Origin: Candidatus Omnitrophota bacterium
GTDB taxonomy: Bacteria > Omnitrophota > Gorgyraeia > Gygaellales > Profunditerraquicolaceae
Length of the DNA stretch: 64,000 bases
Direction of reading: 5' to 3'
Assembly: GCA_050012075.1 (NCBI GenBank)
Contig: JBEKHW010000003.1
Coordinates: 14,690 to 78,689, forward strand
Every line of letters starts with the position of its first letter. The first letter of the stretch is position 1. Below are positions 38,140-46,540 of the stretch, piece after piece. Position numbers and translations under genes: made by a program. The notes under the pieces were generated by a model. The model was not told the origin of the DNA, did no database searches, and saw nothing but the letters and a program-made list of their open reading frames with translations.

Positions 38140-39600
38140 TTATTTAAGAATAATCATTTGCCAGGGCCAATCTTTCTTGAGATACCCTGAAGCTATCCTT
38201 GCCGCATTTCTACCTAAAGTAGCCACGCCGGAAATACCGCCCTCTCCCCCTATACCCGAAGTGCACCAATGCCCGGCTAAAATGAGGCCCTCTAAAGATG
38301 AAAGTTGCGGCACCAGTTTAGAGCTGATTTGTTCCAGGGTTGACTCCCATCCGTAAATCGCGCCATTATGATTAAGGGTATACCTATAAAAGGTATAGGG
38401 GCTCGCCCCTTCCATTACATCAACATGTTCATCTTTTAATCCGGGAATTATCTTCTTTACCTTTTGGAACATTTTGGCGATCAATTCGGTTTTTTGCTGT
38501 TTCCAGAAATCTTTTGACTCAAAAGGGGCATTTATTAGCGCCTGTATGGTATTAGAACCAAGTTTAACCGATTCATCATGCAAAGATGGGAAATATACTA
38601 AAATATACGGGAGCTCTTTTTCAAGCAGGTTTTTATTTAATGAGGAAAGCAATCCTATTATGTCGTAAGAGCCGATATGCCATATATTACACTCTTCTTT
38701 TATTAAGCTACTTAAATCAACGTTTATTCCTATATATAATGCCGCGGCAGAAGAAGAAGCTTTTAAGGATTCAACTACTGAAGATTCTTTTGTATCCTCG
38801 TCGGATAGCAGGTTTTTATAGGTTAAGGTAGCATCGGCACCTGAAACAACAATCCGGGAATTCAGGGTTCTTCCATCTTCTAATAGAACGCCGGTGACTT
38901 TTTTCTCCTTAGTGACAATTTTTGTGACTTTGGCGGATAAAATAAGCTCTCCTTTGTTTTTTTTAAGTTTATTGACAAGGGTATCAGTAAATGCCTGGAT
39001 TCCTCCAGCCGGGTAATATCCGGGGTCAAGTATAAATTCTTTAAGGAATATAACGCCGGCTAGAGCTGAAGTTTTGTCAGGCGAGGTCCCCATATTCGCT
39101 AAAAGAGCGCTTAAGGTTGCCTTGATTCTATCATCATTAAAATAGCTATTTAAGAGGCTACTAAAGGTCAGATTGGCTATTTCCGTGCGGATAGCCAGGA
39201 TATTTTCCTTCAGGATTTTTGTAAAGAATTTCTCAATATTCAGTTTTTCTTCAGGAAAGCTTTTCTTGAATTCTTCGATAGTGTCAAAAGGGGATGCCCT
39301 TACGTAGGTTACGTTATCAGGCATTATAATTTTGTCGGTAGGGTCGAATTGCTTAAATTTGAGTTGCTTTTTTAGGTCGAGCTCATCCAGGATTACGCTT
39401 AATGTCCCTCGCTTAACCGAACCAAGATAATGGACGCTGGTATCAAACCTGTATTTTCCTCTGGAAAAAGAGGTGCAATAACCTCCGGGGGTATGATGTT
39501 GCTCTATAATTAAAACATTAAATCCTAATTCAGACAGGTAACAACCGCAGGTTAACCCCCCTATCCCCGCCCCGATTATAATTACGTCGTATTTATCCAT
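38140..39600 (-). CDS. CrtI-family FAD-dependent oxidoreductase (paralog)
   Basis: YDVIIIGAGIGGLTCG motif, 486 aa. Confidence 0.75.
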   Translation of the reverse strand: MDKYDVIIIGAGIGGLTCGCYLSELGFNVLIIEQHHTPGGYCTSFSRGKYRFDTSVHYLGSVKRGTLSVILDELDLKKQLKFKQFDPTDKIIMPDNVTYVRASPFDTIEEFKKSFPEEKLNIEKFFTKILKENILAIRTEIANLTFSSLLNSYFNDDRIKATLSALLANMGTSPDKTSALAGVIFLKEFILDPGYYPAGGIQAFTDTLVNKLKKNKGELILSAKVTKIVTKEKKVTGVLLEDGRTLNSRIVVSGADATLTYKNLLSDEDTKESSVVESLKASSSAAALYIGINVDLSSLIKEECNIWHIGSYDIIGLLSSLNKNLLEKELPYILVYFPSLHDESVKLGSNTIQALINAPFESKDFWKQQKTELIAKMFQKVKKIIPGLKDEHVDVMEGASPYTFYRYTLNHNGAIYGWESTLEQISSKLVPQLSSLEGLILAGHWCTSGIGGEGGISGVATLGRNAARIASGYLKKDWPWQMIILK

Positions 39601-39648
39601 ATTGGCATTATAGGTTATAAATTATATTTATTATAGTTTATAACTTAT

Positions 39649-40209
39649 TTAATAAATTTCAAAGCTTAATTTAGCGTCCAGGCTATCCGTAATTTTCTTC
39701 AATGTCAGTAAAGAAATATTCTCTCTTCCTGATTCAATACGCGATATTACCTGTTGGGAAATTTTTAACCTTTTTGCCAGCTTGTTTTGGGTTAAGCCAT
39801 TTTGCACGCGCACAGCTTTAATCTTGTCCGCCACTAATTTGCAGAATTCGTTCTCCGGTCTTAACGCAAAATTATTTTTGGGGATAAGCAGGCCTTTAGC
39901 CTTGTGTTTTTCCCGCAATTTCTCGTATATGGCCTGCCAGAATTCAATTCTCGGGTCATTCCATGCATTTTTGCGCATTTGCCTCTTTATCGCATTCCAA
40001 TTATTCACAAAAATAGCGGGTTTTAGATAAACGTTAAAAACCTCTTTCGGGGAATTTTTCCTGGATAACAACAGGGATGCCAAAGATAAAAAATGGGCGT
40101 GTTTTGCGTCCTTTAATATTGCCTTGCTCATACGCAAGGAAATATTCCTGTCCCAAAGCCAATCGTTTTTAATATTAGCTTTCTGTAATCTTTTCGACAA
40201 TTTTATCAA
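39649..40209 (-). CDS. XRE-family HTH protein (candidate antitoxin/regulator partner of the upstream nucleotidyltransferase)
   Basis: C-terminal HTH NGLTQNKLAKRLKISQQVISRIESGR. The start overlaps the upstream gene by 35 nt, and an internal Met is possible. Confidence 0.55.
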   Translation of the reverse strand: MIKLSKRLQKANIKNDWLWDRNISLRMSKAILKDAKHAHFLSLASLLLSRKNSPKEVFNVYLKPAIFVNNWNAIKRQMRKNAWNDPRIEFWQAIYEKLREKHKAKGLLIPKNNFALRPENEFCKLVADKIKAVRVQNGLTQNKLAKRLKISQQVISRIESGRENISLLTLKKITDSLDAKLSFEIY

Positions 40210-40906
40210 CCTCTTTCTTAAAATGACGTTCTATTTCAGGGTAATTTATATCTTTTTTTATTTTTAGTTCCAGCAGGCCTGTTTTTACCTCGAAACGGCT
40301 ATATGTCCTGAACCACCTGATAATGGATTCGCGTATTAACTGATTGCCGTATCGAAAGGAAAAATCAGACAAGCGCATAAAAATCTGCGACAGGCAGTAT
40401 AAGTCATAAAAATCCTTTGCTTCCTGCCTGCCGCCTTCTGAAATCTTCCTGCCTATATAGTCAGTCGTTTGATGGGTGCCGGTAGCAGCATAAATTTTCC
40501 TCAGATAAATATCCTCTAAAGATAGAATATTAATCCCGTTAACCGATTTAAACGGTTTTATGCAATCCAGGTAGTCCTCAATAAAATCTATCTTTAAGGT
40601 ATCCTTTCTATCTATAACAAGGGAATAAACCAATATTTTTATCTTTCCTTTACGCGATTCCTCAGATATTAATTTAATTTTTCTATTTAAAGAAGCCGAA
40701 AGCGCCGTGATTATCTCTACTATCCTTTTTTTGCTGAAATCCTTTGTAAAGAAATCCAGGTCGAGCGATTCCCTGTGGTTAAAATAAAACAGAGAAAGCG
40801 CTGTTCCCCCGCCCAAATAGAAATCGTCAATTCTTCCAGTAAGGGCTTTTAATACCTTATTTTGCGCCTCTATAATTTTAGGTAGCATACCCAATATATA
40901 CAGCAT
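40175..40906 (-). CDS. Nucleotidyltransferase, AbiEii/AbiGii toxin family (DUF1814-like)
   Basis: LGGGTALSLFY...SLDLDFF minimal nucleotidyltransferase motif, 243 aa. Confidence 0.65.
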   Translation of the reverse strand: MLYILGMLPKIIEAQNKVLKALTGRIDDFYLGGGTALSLFYFNHRESLDLDFFTKDFSKKRIVEIITALSASLNRKIKLISEESRKGKIKILVYSLVIDRKDTLKIDFIEDYLDCIKPFKSVNGINILSLEDIYLRKIYAATGTHQTTDYIGRKISEGGRQEAKDFYDLYCLSQIFMRLSDFSFRYGNQLIRESIIRWFRTYSRFEVKTGLLELKIKKDINYPEIERHFKKEVDKIVEKITES

Positions 40907-40969
40907 AAAAGTTGTTTTGTCAAGTATTTTTACAACTTTCCTGCTGTTATTTATAGAGTGTATTTTATA

Positions 40970-42268
40970 TTAAACCTTACGGAATACCGCGGCGGCGTTG
41001 TAGCCGGCAAAGCCGCAGGAGAGTTTCATTACGGTGGTAAGCTTTTTATTTTGTTGTTTACGGATAAGGTTTATGTTGTAGCGGCTGTCAAAATCATCGC
41101 AGTTTAAAGAAGCGGGGATTATCCCGTTTTGTAGCGCAAGGATCAGGATTATTGACTCAAGGATTGCGCTACCACCCAGGTTATGGCCCACATAGGGTTT
41201 AAACGCGGAAACAGGGGTTTTATTGCCGAACATATTCGTAATTGCCTTTGCTTCGTATTGGTCGGTTATTTTGATACCTACACCGTGGGGGTTGATTAAA
41301 TCTATATCTTGCGCTTTAATTTCACTATTTTTAAGAGCTCCCTCTATTGCTTTCCCGTAAGAATTACTTATCGGGTTAGGTAATATCAGCTTCCAGCCCT
41401 CAAGAGAGAATCCACCTCCCGTATATTCAGCATAAATATTGGCTCCTCTTTTTTTGGCATGATTCAACTCTTCAAGAAGAATGGCAGAGTATCCTTCGCC
41501 GAAAACTATCCCGTCTGCATTCTTGGAGAAGGGCTTAATCTTTCCGTCTTCAGCGTAAAGATTGCGTTCTTTAAACCATAGGTGTTTAAGCATGCCGGCA
41601 GGGTTATCCCCCCCTGCGATAATCGCTACGTCGGTATCTTTAAATTTGATTTGCGTGTAAGCGGCATCCAGGGCAAAAAGCCCGGAGGCACAGGCATTAT
41701 TGGTAAACAGGGAGTATCCGCGAAAGCCCATTGCCTTTGCTACCAGATATAGGTACATAAAGCTTTGCAGCTCCTGGCCGTAATCGGAAAACTTGCTGAA
41801 AAGGTGCTGATAGAAACCAAACTCCGACGGATTTTCCTTAAGCCGGGATTTTTCCTTAAAATAGTTTAATCCTTCTTTGGTGAGAGATTCGCAGAATGGC
41901 TCAAAGCCCGGGTGCTCTATTGTCAGGAAAAAGCCTATATTGTTATCATCACGGTTATAATCCAATCCGCTGTCTTTTAACGCTAGTTGAGTAGCGGCTA
42001 AAGGGTAAAGAAAATCATTATCTTCTCTTCCCTGCCTGAAGCCGGAGATTTCTTTGAGCACCTCTTTATCTATGCCGAAATTATTTATGTTAAAATCCTT
42101 AATCTTATGCATCCAGAAGCTGTCCCACAATTGCTTATCCAGGAAAATCTCTTCTTTATGAAGCCCGGATTTTTCCCCAAGGATAGATTTCCACAAAGCT
42201 TCTTTACCAAAACCAATGGCGCATAGCGGCCCCAATCCTGTTATTACAACTCTTCTTTCTTTAGGCAT
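40970..42268 (-). CDS. Beta-ketoacyl-[ACP] synthase family protein (active-site Cys present, atypical N-terminal insert)
   Basis: NNACASG (Cys), HGVG and VGHNLG (His) motifs. Confidence 0.75.
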   Translation of the reverse strand: MPKERRVVITGLGPLCAIGFGKEALWKSILGEKSGLHKEEIFLDKQLWDSFWMHKIKDFNINNFGIDKEVLKEISGFRQGREDNDFLYPLAATQLALKDSGLDYNRDDNNIGFFLTIEHPGFEPFCESLTKEGLNYFKEKSRLKENPSEFGFYQHLFSKFSDYGQELQSFMYLYLVAKAMGFRGYSLFTNNACASGLFALDAAYTQIKFKDTDVAIIAGGDNPAGMLKHLWFKERNLYAEDGKIKPFSKNADGIVFGEGYSAILLEELNHAKKRGANIYAEYTGGGFSLEGWKLILPNPISNSYGKAIEGALKNSEIKAQDIDLINPHGVGIKITDQYEAKAITNMFGNKTPVSAFKPYVGHNLGGSAILESIILILALQNGIIPASLNCDDFDSRYNINLIRKQQNKKLTTVMKLSCGFAGYNAAAVFRKV

Positions 42269-43472
42269 ATTTTTTAATCACAAGGGTAGCATTGTTTCCG
42301 CCGAATGCAAAGCCATTTTTTAAGGCGATGTTTACCTTTTTCTTTCTGGCAACGTTGGGGACGCAGTCAATATCGCATTCAGGGTCTGCTTCCTCAAAAT
42401 TTATAGTCGGCGGGATAATATCTTCTTTTACCGACAGGCAGCAGGCAGCCGCTTCGATTACAGAAGCAGCTCCCATCGCATGGCCAAGCGCTGATTTTAA
42501 GGCGGTCACCGGGATATCTCTATAGCGCTCCTTAAACACATTTTTTATGGCAAGGCACTCTGTTTTATCGTTAAGAGTGGTCCCTGTGCCGTGGGTGCTG
42601 ATATAATCCACGTCTTTATAACTTATATTACTTTCCCGCATCCCCTTCTCTATTGCTTTTGCTATACCTTCGGCGCTTGGGGCGGTAGGATGAAAGGCAT
42701 CGCAGGAGAGACCGTAACCTAATATTTCCGCGTAAATTGGCGCGTTTCTTTTTAAAGCCGAATCCAGGTCTTCAAGTAGCAGGGCTCCTGCCCCTTCACT
42801 TAACATCATACCTTTCCTGTTTTTATCAAAGGGCTGGCATTTTTCAGGCGCCATGGCATAAATACGCTGAAACCCCGCAAAGGCAAAATAAGAAAAAGAA
42901 TCACTGCCCCCGCAGAGAGCAAAATCAAGCTCTCCGTTTTTTATAAGATCGAAGCCATAACCGATAGCATAATTTCCCGCGGCGCAGGCAGTAGGAAAAA
43001 GGTAATTCGGTCCCTTAATCTTAAAATGCAGGCCTACGTTGGCGGAGATATTGTTGACCCCGGACTGCATTATTCTTTGCCTGTCCACATCCTTAAGCCC
43101 TCCCTTTGCCCAAACCTGCATCAGCTCTTCAAGCGGCTTTTCTCCGTTTGTAGTCCCCATAAAAACTCCGGTTTTTGATTTCGGCAGATTTTTCAGGGGA
43201 AGCATCGCGTCAGTTATGGCTAAAGAGGAAGCGGCAATGGCAAATTGCGAAGCCTTGCCCAGGAATTTTATTCTCCTTTTCGGGATAAATTCTTCCGGCT
43301 TGAAATTTCTTACCTCTCCTCCCCTATGGCACCTGAAGGCGCTGGTATCAAAACTGGTTACTTCGCTTATCCCGGATTTACCGGAAATGACAGAACGCCA
43401 GAATTGCTCCTTGCCGATTCCTACGGACGAAACAACTCCTATACCAGTAACTACTACTCTCCTTTTATCCAT
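42261..43472 (-). CDS. Beta-ketoacyl-[ACP] synthase II-like (FabF-like)
   Basis: TACAAG Cys, STHGTGT and LGHAMGAA His motifs. It overlaps both neighbours. Confidence 0.8.
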   Translation of the reverse strand: MDKRRVVVTGIGVVSSVGIGKEQFWRSVISGKSGISEVTSFDTSAFRCHRGGEVRNFKPEEFIPKRRIKFLGKASQFAIAASSLAITDAMLPLKNLPKSKTGVFMGTTNGEKPLEELMQVWAKGGLKDVDRQRIMQSGVNNISANVGLHFKIKGPNYLFPTACAAGNYAIGYGFDLIKNGELDFALCGGSDSFSYFAFAGFQRIYAMAPEKCQPFDKNRKGMMLSEGAGALLLEDLDSALKRNAPIYAEILGYGLSCDAFHPTAPSAEGIAKAIEKGMRESNISYKDVDYISTHGTGTTLNDKTECLAIKNVFKERYRDIPVTALKSALGHAMGAASVIEAAACCLSVKEDIIPPTINFEEADPECDIDCVPNVARKKKVNIALKNGFAFGGNNATLVIKKYA

Positions 43473-43908
43473 TTTTTGGTTTAACCCCGAAAGTTAAACT
43501 TGCCTTTGCCACTAGTTTATCCCCGACACGCGCGACGGCGTCAACCACTCCTGCGGTATCCATAACTTTCACGCAAGATACTTCCAGAATAAGTTTATCT
43601 CCCGGAAACACTGGCGCCCTGAATTCAGCTTTTACCCTGCCCAGGTAATAAATGGGATGCGCCTCGGCGATTTTGGGCTTACGCACATAATAAAGGATTA
43701 TTGCAGTTTGGGCCATTGCTTCTACGATAAGCACCCCAGGCATAACGGGATTGCCTGGAAAATGGCCGCGGAAAAAATCTTCATTATGCCTAACATACTT
43801 TGCCGCTGTTACTTTATCCTGGTTCTCGACCGCTATTACTTCGTCTATAAGCAGGAATGGGTCGCGGTGCGGAAGGATTGTTTTTATTTTTTCTTTATCC
43901 CAGAGCAT
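43465..43908 (-). CDS. 3-hydroxyacyl-[ACP] dehydratase FabZ-like
   Basis: [11 protein letters not shown]...[20 protein letters not shown]. Confidence 0.8.
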   Translation of the reverse strand: MLWDKEKIKTILPHRDPFLLIDEVIAVENQDKVTAAKYVRHNEDFFRGHFPGNPVMPGVLIVEAMAQTAIILYYVRKPKIAEAHPIYYLGRVKAEFRAPVFPGDKLILEVSCVKVMDTAGVVDAVARVGDKLVAKASLTFGVKPKNG

Positions 43909-43913
43909 ACTCG

Positions 43914-44159
43914 TTACTCCTTTTTGGCGTTTTTAAAATAATCAATTATTTGTTTCAAATTCCTGATTTTGGGGATATCTTTCTCCGGAACGATAATCTT
44001 ATACTTTTTTTCAAAAGCAGCCACAATCTCAATTGCCTTAAGTGAATCTACTCCAAGCTCTGTAAAGAAATCCGCCTCGGGAGTAAGCTTTTCAACCGGC
44101 ACCTCGGTAATCTCTGAAACCATCTGCGTTAGTTCTAAATCAATATTCTCGTTCGCCAT
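43914..44159 (-). CDS. Acyl carrier protein
   Basis: 81 aa with the LGVDSL phosphopantetheine attachment motif. Confidence 0.8.
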   Translation of the reverse strand: MANENIDLELTQMVSEITEVPVEKLTPEADFFTELGVDSLKAIEIVAAFEKKYKIIVPEKDIPKIRNLKQIIDYFKNAKKE

Positions 44160-44170
44160 TTTTTTCTCCC

Positions 44171-45418
44171 TTAGCTGTGGGTATGCCGGGATATGACGGC
44201 AGAGGCGTTATTGCCTCCCGGCCCAAAATTATTGATTAAAATATTATCGACTTTACACTTGCGCGCGCCTGTAGTGACATAATCAAGGTCGCAGTCATCA
44301 TCTTTTTCTTTGTAATTTATGGTCGGAGGTATAAAACCCTGCTCAATGCTCCCTAACGAAGAGATAATCTGGAATATCCCGGAGGCGCTAAAACTTTCTC
44401 CGATCATGGACTTGATGGCGCTGACCGGTATTTTTAAGGCAGCGCTGTTAAACACTTCTTTTATTGCCATAGTCTCCAGTTTATCCTGTATGACTACGGA
44501 ATTAGCCGCCGCGTTTATATAACTTATTTTTTCTTTATCTATACCGGAGTTATTTAAGACGGAAGAAATGCAATTTTTCAGGCCCTCTGCTTCAGGAGAA
44601 TATTTTCCGCTACGGTAAGCGTCAAAGCAGCTTTTTGTGCTTTTTATGCTCGCGTAAATCTTTGCCCCTCTTTTTAAGGCGTCGTCTTCGTTTTCAATCA
44701 GGATAACGCCGGCGCCTTCTCCTAAAATAATCCCGTTCCTGCGCTTGTCAAACGGGCAGCATATTTCTTCTCCTTTTATTCCGGCAAGGAATTCAATTTT
44801 ATGGAATCCGGCAAAACTCTGAAAAGACAATCCCTCAAGCCCGGCGAGCAGTATCGCCTTTGCCTTACCCCACTTTATAAAGTCAACGGCGTATTTTAAG
44901 GCATCTAAGCTTGCGGTAAATCCGGTAGATATAGTGGTGTTAAAACCTTTAATCTTAAACCAGATGGAGACCTGGCTTGAAGGCGCGTTCATTGTGGTGG
45001 CGGGAAATATAGCCGGGTTTACGAATTGAGGGCCGTCCTGTTCCGCCTCTTTACTGAATTCCGCTATATTCCACATTGCCGATAAAGTCGTTGCCGTAAC
45101 TACACCTATATCATCAGTATTACCTTCATTAATGTTGAGATTTGCGTCATCAAGGCAGAGTTTTACCGCGGAGCATAGGAACCTGGTGCTGCGGTCAAGG
45201 TTACGTAGCCCCTTGGGCCCCAGAAATTTTTCCGCTTCAAAATCAGGCACTTCCCCGGCAAGGTGCGCTTTAAAAAGCACCGGGTCAAATACGGTAATCG
45301 GCCTTATTCCTGAGCGGCCTTCTTTTAAGGCCTGCCAGAACTCTTCTTTGCCTATCCCGATAGGCGATACTACCCCTATGCCGGTTATAACCGCTTTATT
45401 ACTAGCAGAATTATCCAC
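44171..45418 (-). CDS. Ketosynthase-like protein lacking the catalytic Cys and both His residues (chain-length-factor-like)
   Basis: It aligns to the KS fold, but the active-site positions read STGFTAS (Cys to Phe), INAAANS (His to Ala) and IGESFS (His to Glu). Confidence 0.75.
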   Translation of the reverse strand: MDNSASNKAVITGIGVVSPIGIGKEEFWQALKEGRSGIRPITVFDPVLFKAHLAGEVPDFEAEKFLGPKGLRNLDRSTRFLCSAVKLCLDDANLNINEGNTDDIGVVTATTLSAMWNIAEFSKEAEQDGPQFVNPAIFPATTMNAPSSQVSIWFKIKGFNTTISTGFTASLDALKYAVDFIKWGKAKAILLAGLEGLSFQSFAGFHKIEFLAGIKGEEICCPFDKRRNGIILGEGAGVILIENEDDALKRGAKIYASIKSTKSCFDAYRSGKYSPEAEGLKNCISSVLNNSGIDKEKISYINAAANSVVIQDKLETMAIKEVFNSAALKIPVSAIKSMIGESFSASGIFQIISSLGSIEQGFIPPTINYKEKDDDCDLDYVTTGARKCKVDNILINNFGPGGNNASAVISRHTHS

Positions 45419-46163
45419 TTTGTATTGATAACCCTCCGTCGATAACTAATGTTTGTCCTGTGATATAATTTGCCGCGTCACTTATCAGGAATTTTACTGC
45501 TTTCGCCACTTCTTCAGGCCTGCCGAATCTTCTTAAGGGTATATGTTTCATCAGCCCATCTTTCAGTGGTTCTTTGAGTCCGCTTACCATATCGGTTTCA
45601 ATGAAACCAGGGGCAACAGCATTTACCCTTATCCCGTATTTAGCTACTTCCCTTGCCAGGGATCTGGTAAAGCCGATTATCCCTGCTTTTGACGCGGCAT
45701 AATTGGTTTGCCTGGCAACCCCTGTTATCCCGCTTATCGAAGATATATTCACGATTATGCCGCTGTTTTGTTTTATCATGCCGGTTATTACCGCGCGGGT
45801 AAGGTTAAAAACACCTCCGAGGTTAGTGTCTATCACTTTCTGCCAGTCATTTTTTTCCATAAATGCCAGCGCCTTATCGTTGATTATCCCGGCATTATTT
45901 ATTACGATATCAAGCCCGCCGAAAGTTTTCTTTGTTTCTTCAACCCAGGCCGTAACGGCGTCAAAATCGCTGATATCTACGCGTGATGCCTTGGTTTTTA
46001 TTCCTAACCGCGTAATCTCGGCTAAAAGTTTATCCGCCTCTTCTTTATTATTCAGGTAGCTAAAGGCAATATTCAGGCCTTGGCGGGCTAACTCCAATGC
46101 AATCTGCCTGCCTATGCCCCTGCTTGCCCCGCTTACAATCGCTATTTTATTTTTTAAGTCCAT
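45411..46163 (-). CDS. fabG: 3-oxoacyl-[ACP] reductase (SDR)
   Basis: IAIVSGASRGIGRQIA, NNAG, and a YAASKAG catalytic triad. Confidence 0.85.
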   Translation of the reverse strand: MDLKNKIAIVSGASRGIGRQIALELARQGLNIAFSYLNNKEEADKLLAEITRLGIKTKASRVDISDFDAVTAWVEETKKTFGGLDIVINNAGIINDKALAFMEKNDWQKVIDTNLGGVFNLTRAVITGMIKQNSGIIVNISSISGITGVARQTNYAASKAGIIGFTRSLAREVAKYGIRVNAVAPGFIETDMVSGLKEPLKDGLMKHIPLRRFGRPEEVAKAVKFLISDAANYITGQTLVIDGGLSIQSG

Positions 46164-46539
46164 CGGTATCTATATTCCTCCTGACTGCTTCCAGAAAATC
46201 ATGGGTATCAAAGGGTTTTAATATGTATTCGGCGACTTTAAGGTCAAGCGCGTTTTTATAACTTTGCTCGTCGGCGTAGCCGGTAATCAGTATTTCTTTT
46301 ACCGGCGGCTTACCGGAGTCTTTGAGCGCCTGGCGTATCTTTTTAATCGTCTCTATGCCGTCTAAATGTGGCATCCTGATATCGCATACTATCAAATCCA
46401 GCTCTGTGGTTCTTGATTTTTCCGCCGCGTCCTCCCCATCGGCGGCAACCATGGCATTGTAGCCCTCTTTTTGCAAAAGCTTATGCAGCGTCTTGGTTAT
46501 CAGTCCCTCATCGTCGATTATTAAAATATTCTTTCCCAT
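46147..46539 (-). CDS. Single-domain response regulator receiver
   Basis: ILIIDDEG and LIVCDIRMPHLDG motifs, no output domain. Confidence 0.8.
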   Translation of the reverse strand: MGKNILIIDDEGLITKTLHKLLQKEGYNAMVAADGEDAAEKSRTTELDLIVCDIRMPHLDGIETIKKIRQALKDSGKPPVKEILITGYADEQSYKNALDLKVAEYILKPFDTHDFLEAVRRNIDTDGLKK

Positions 46540-46540
46540 T

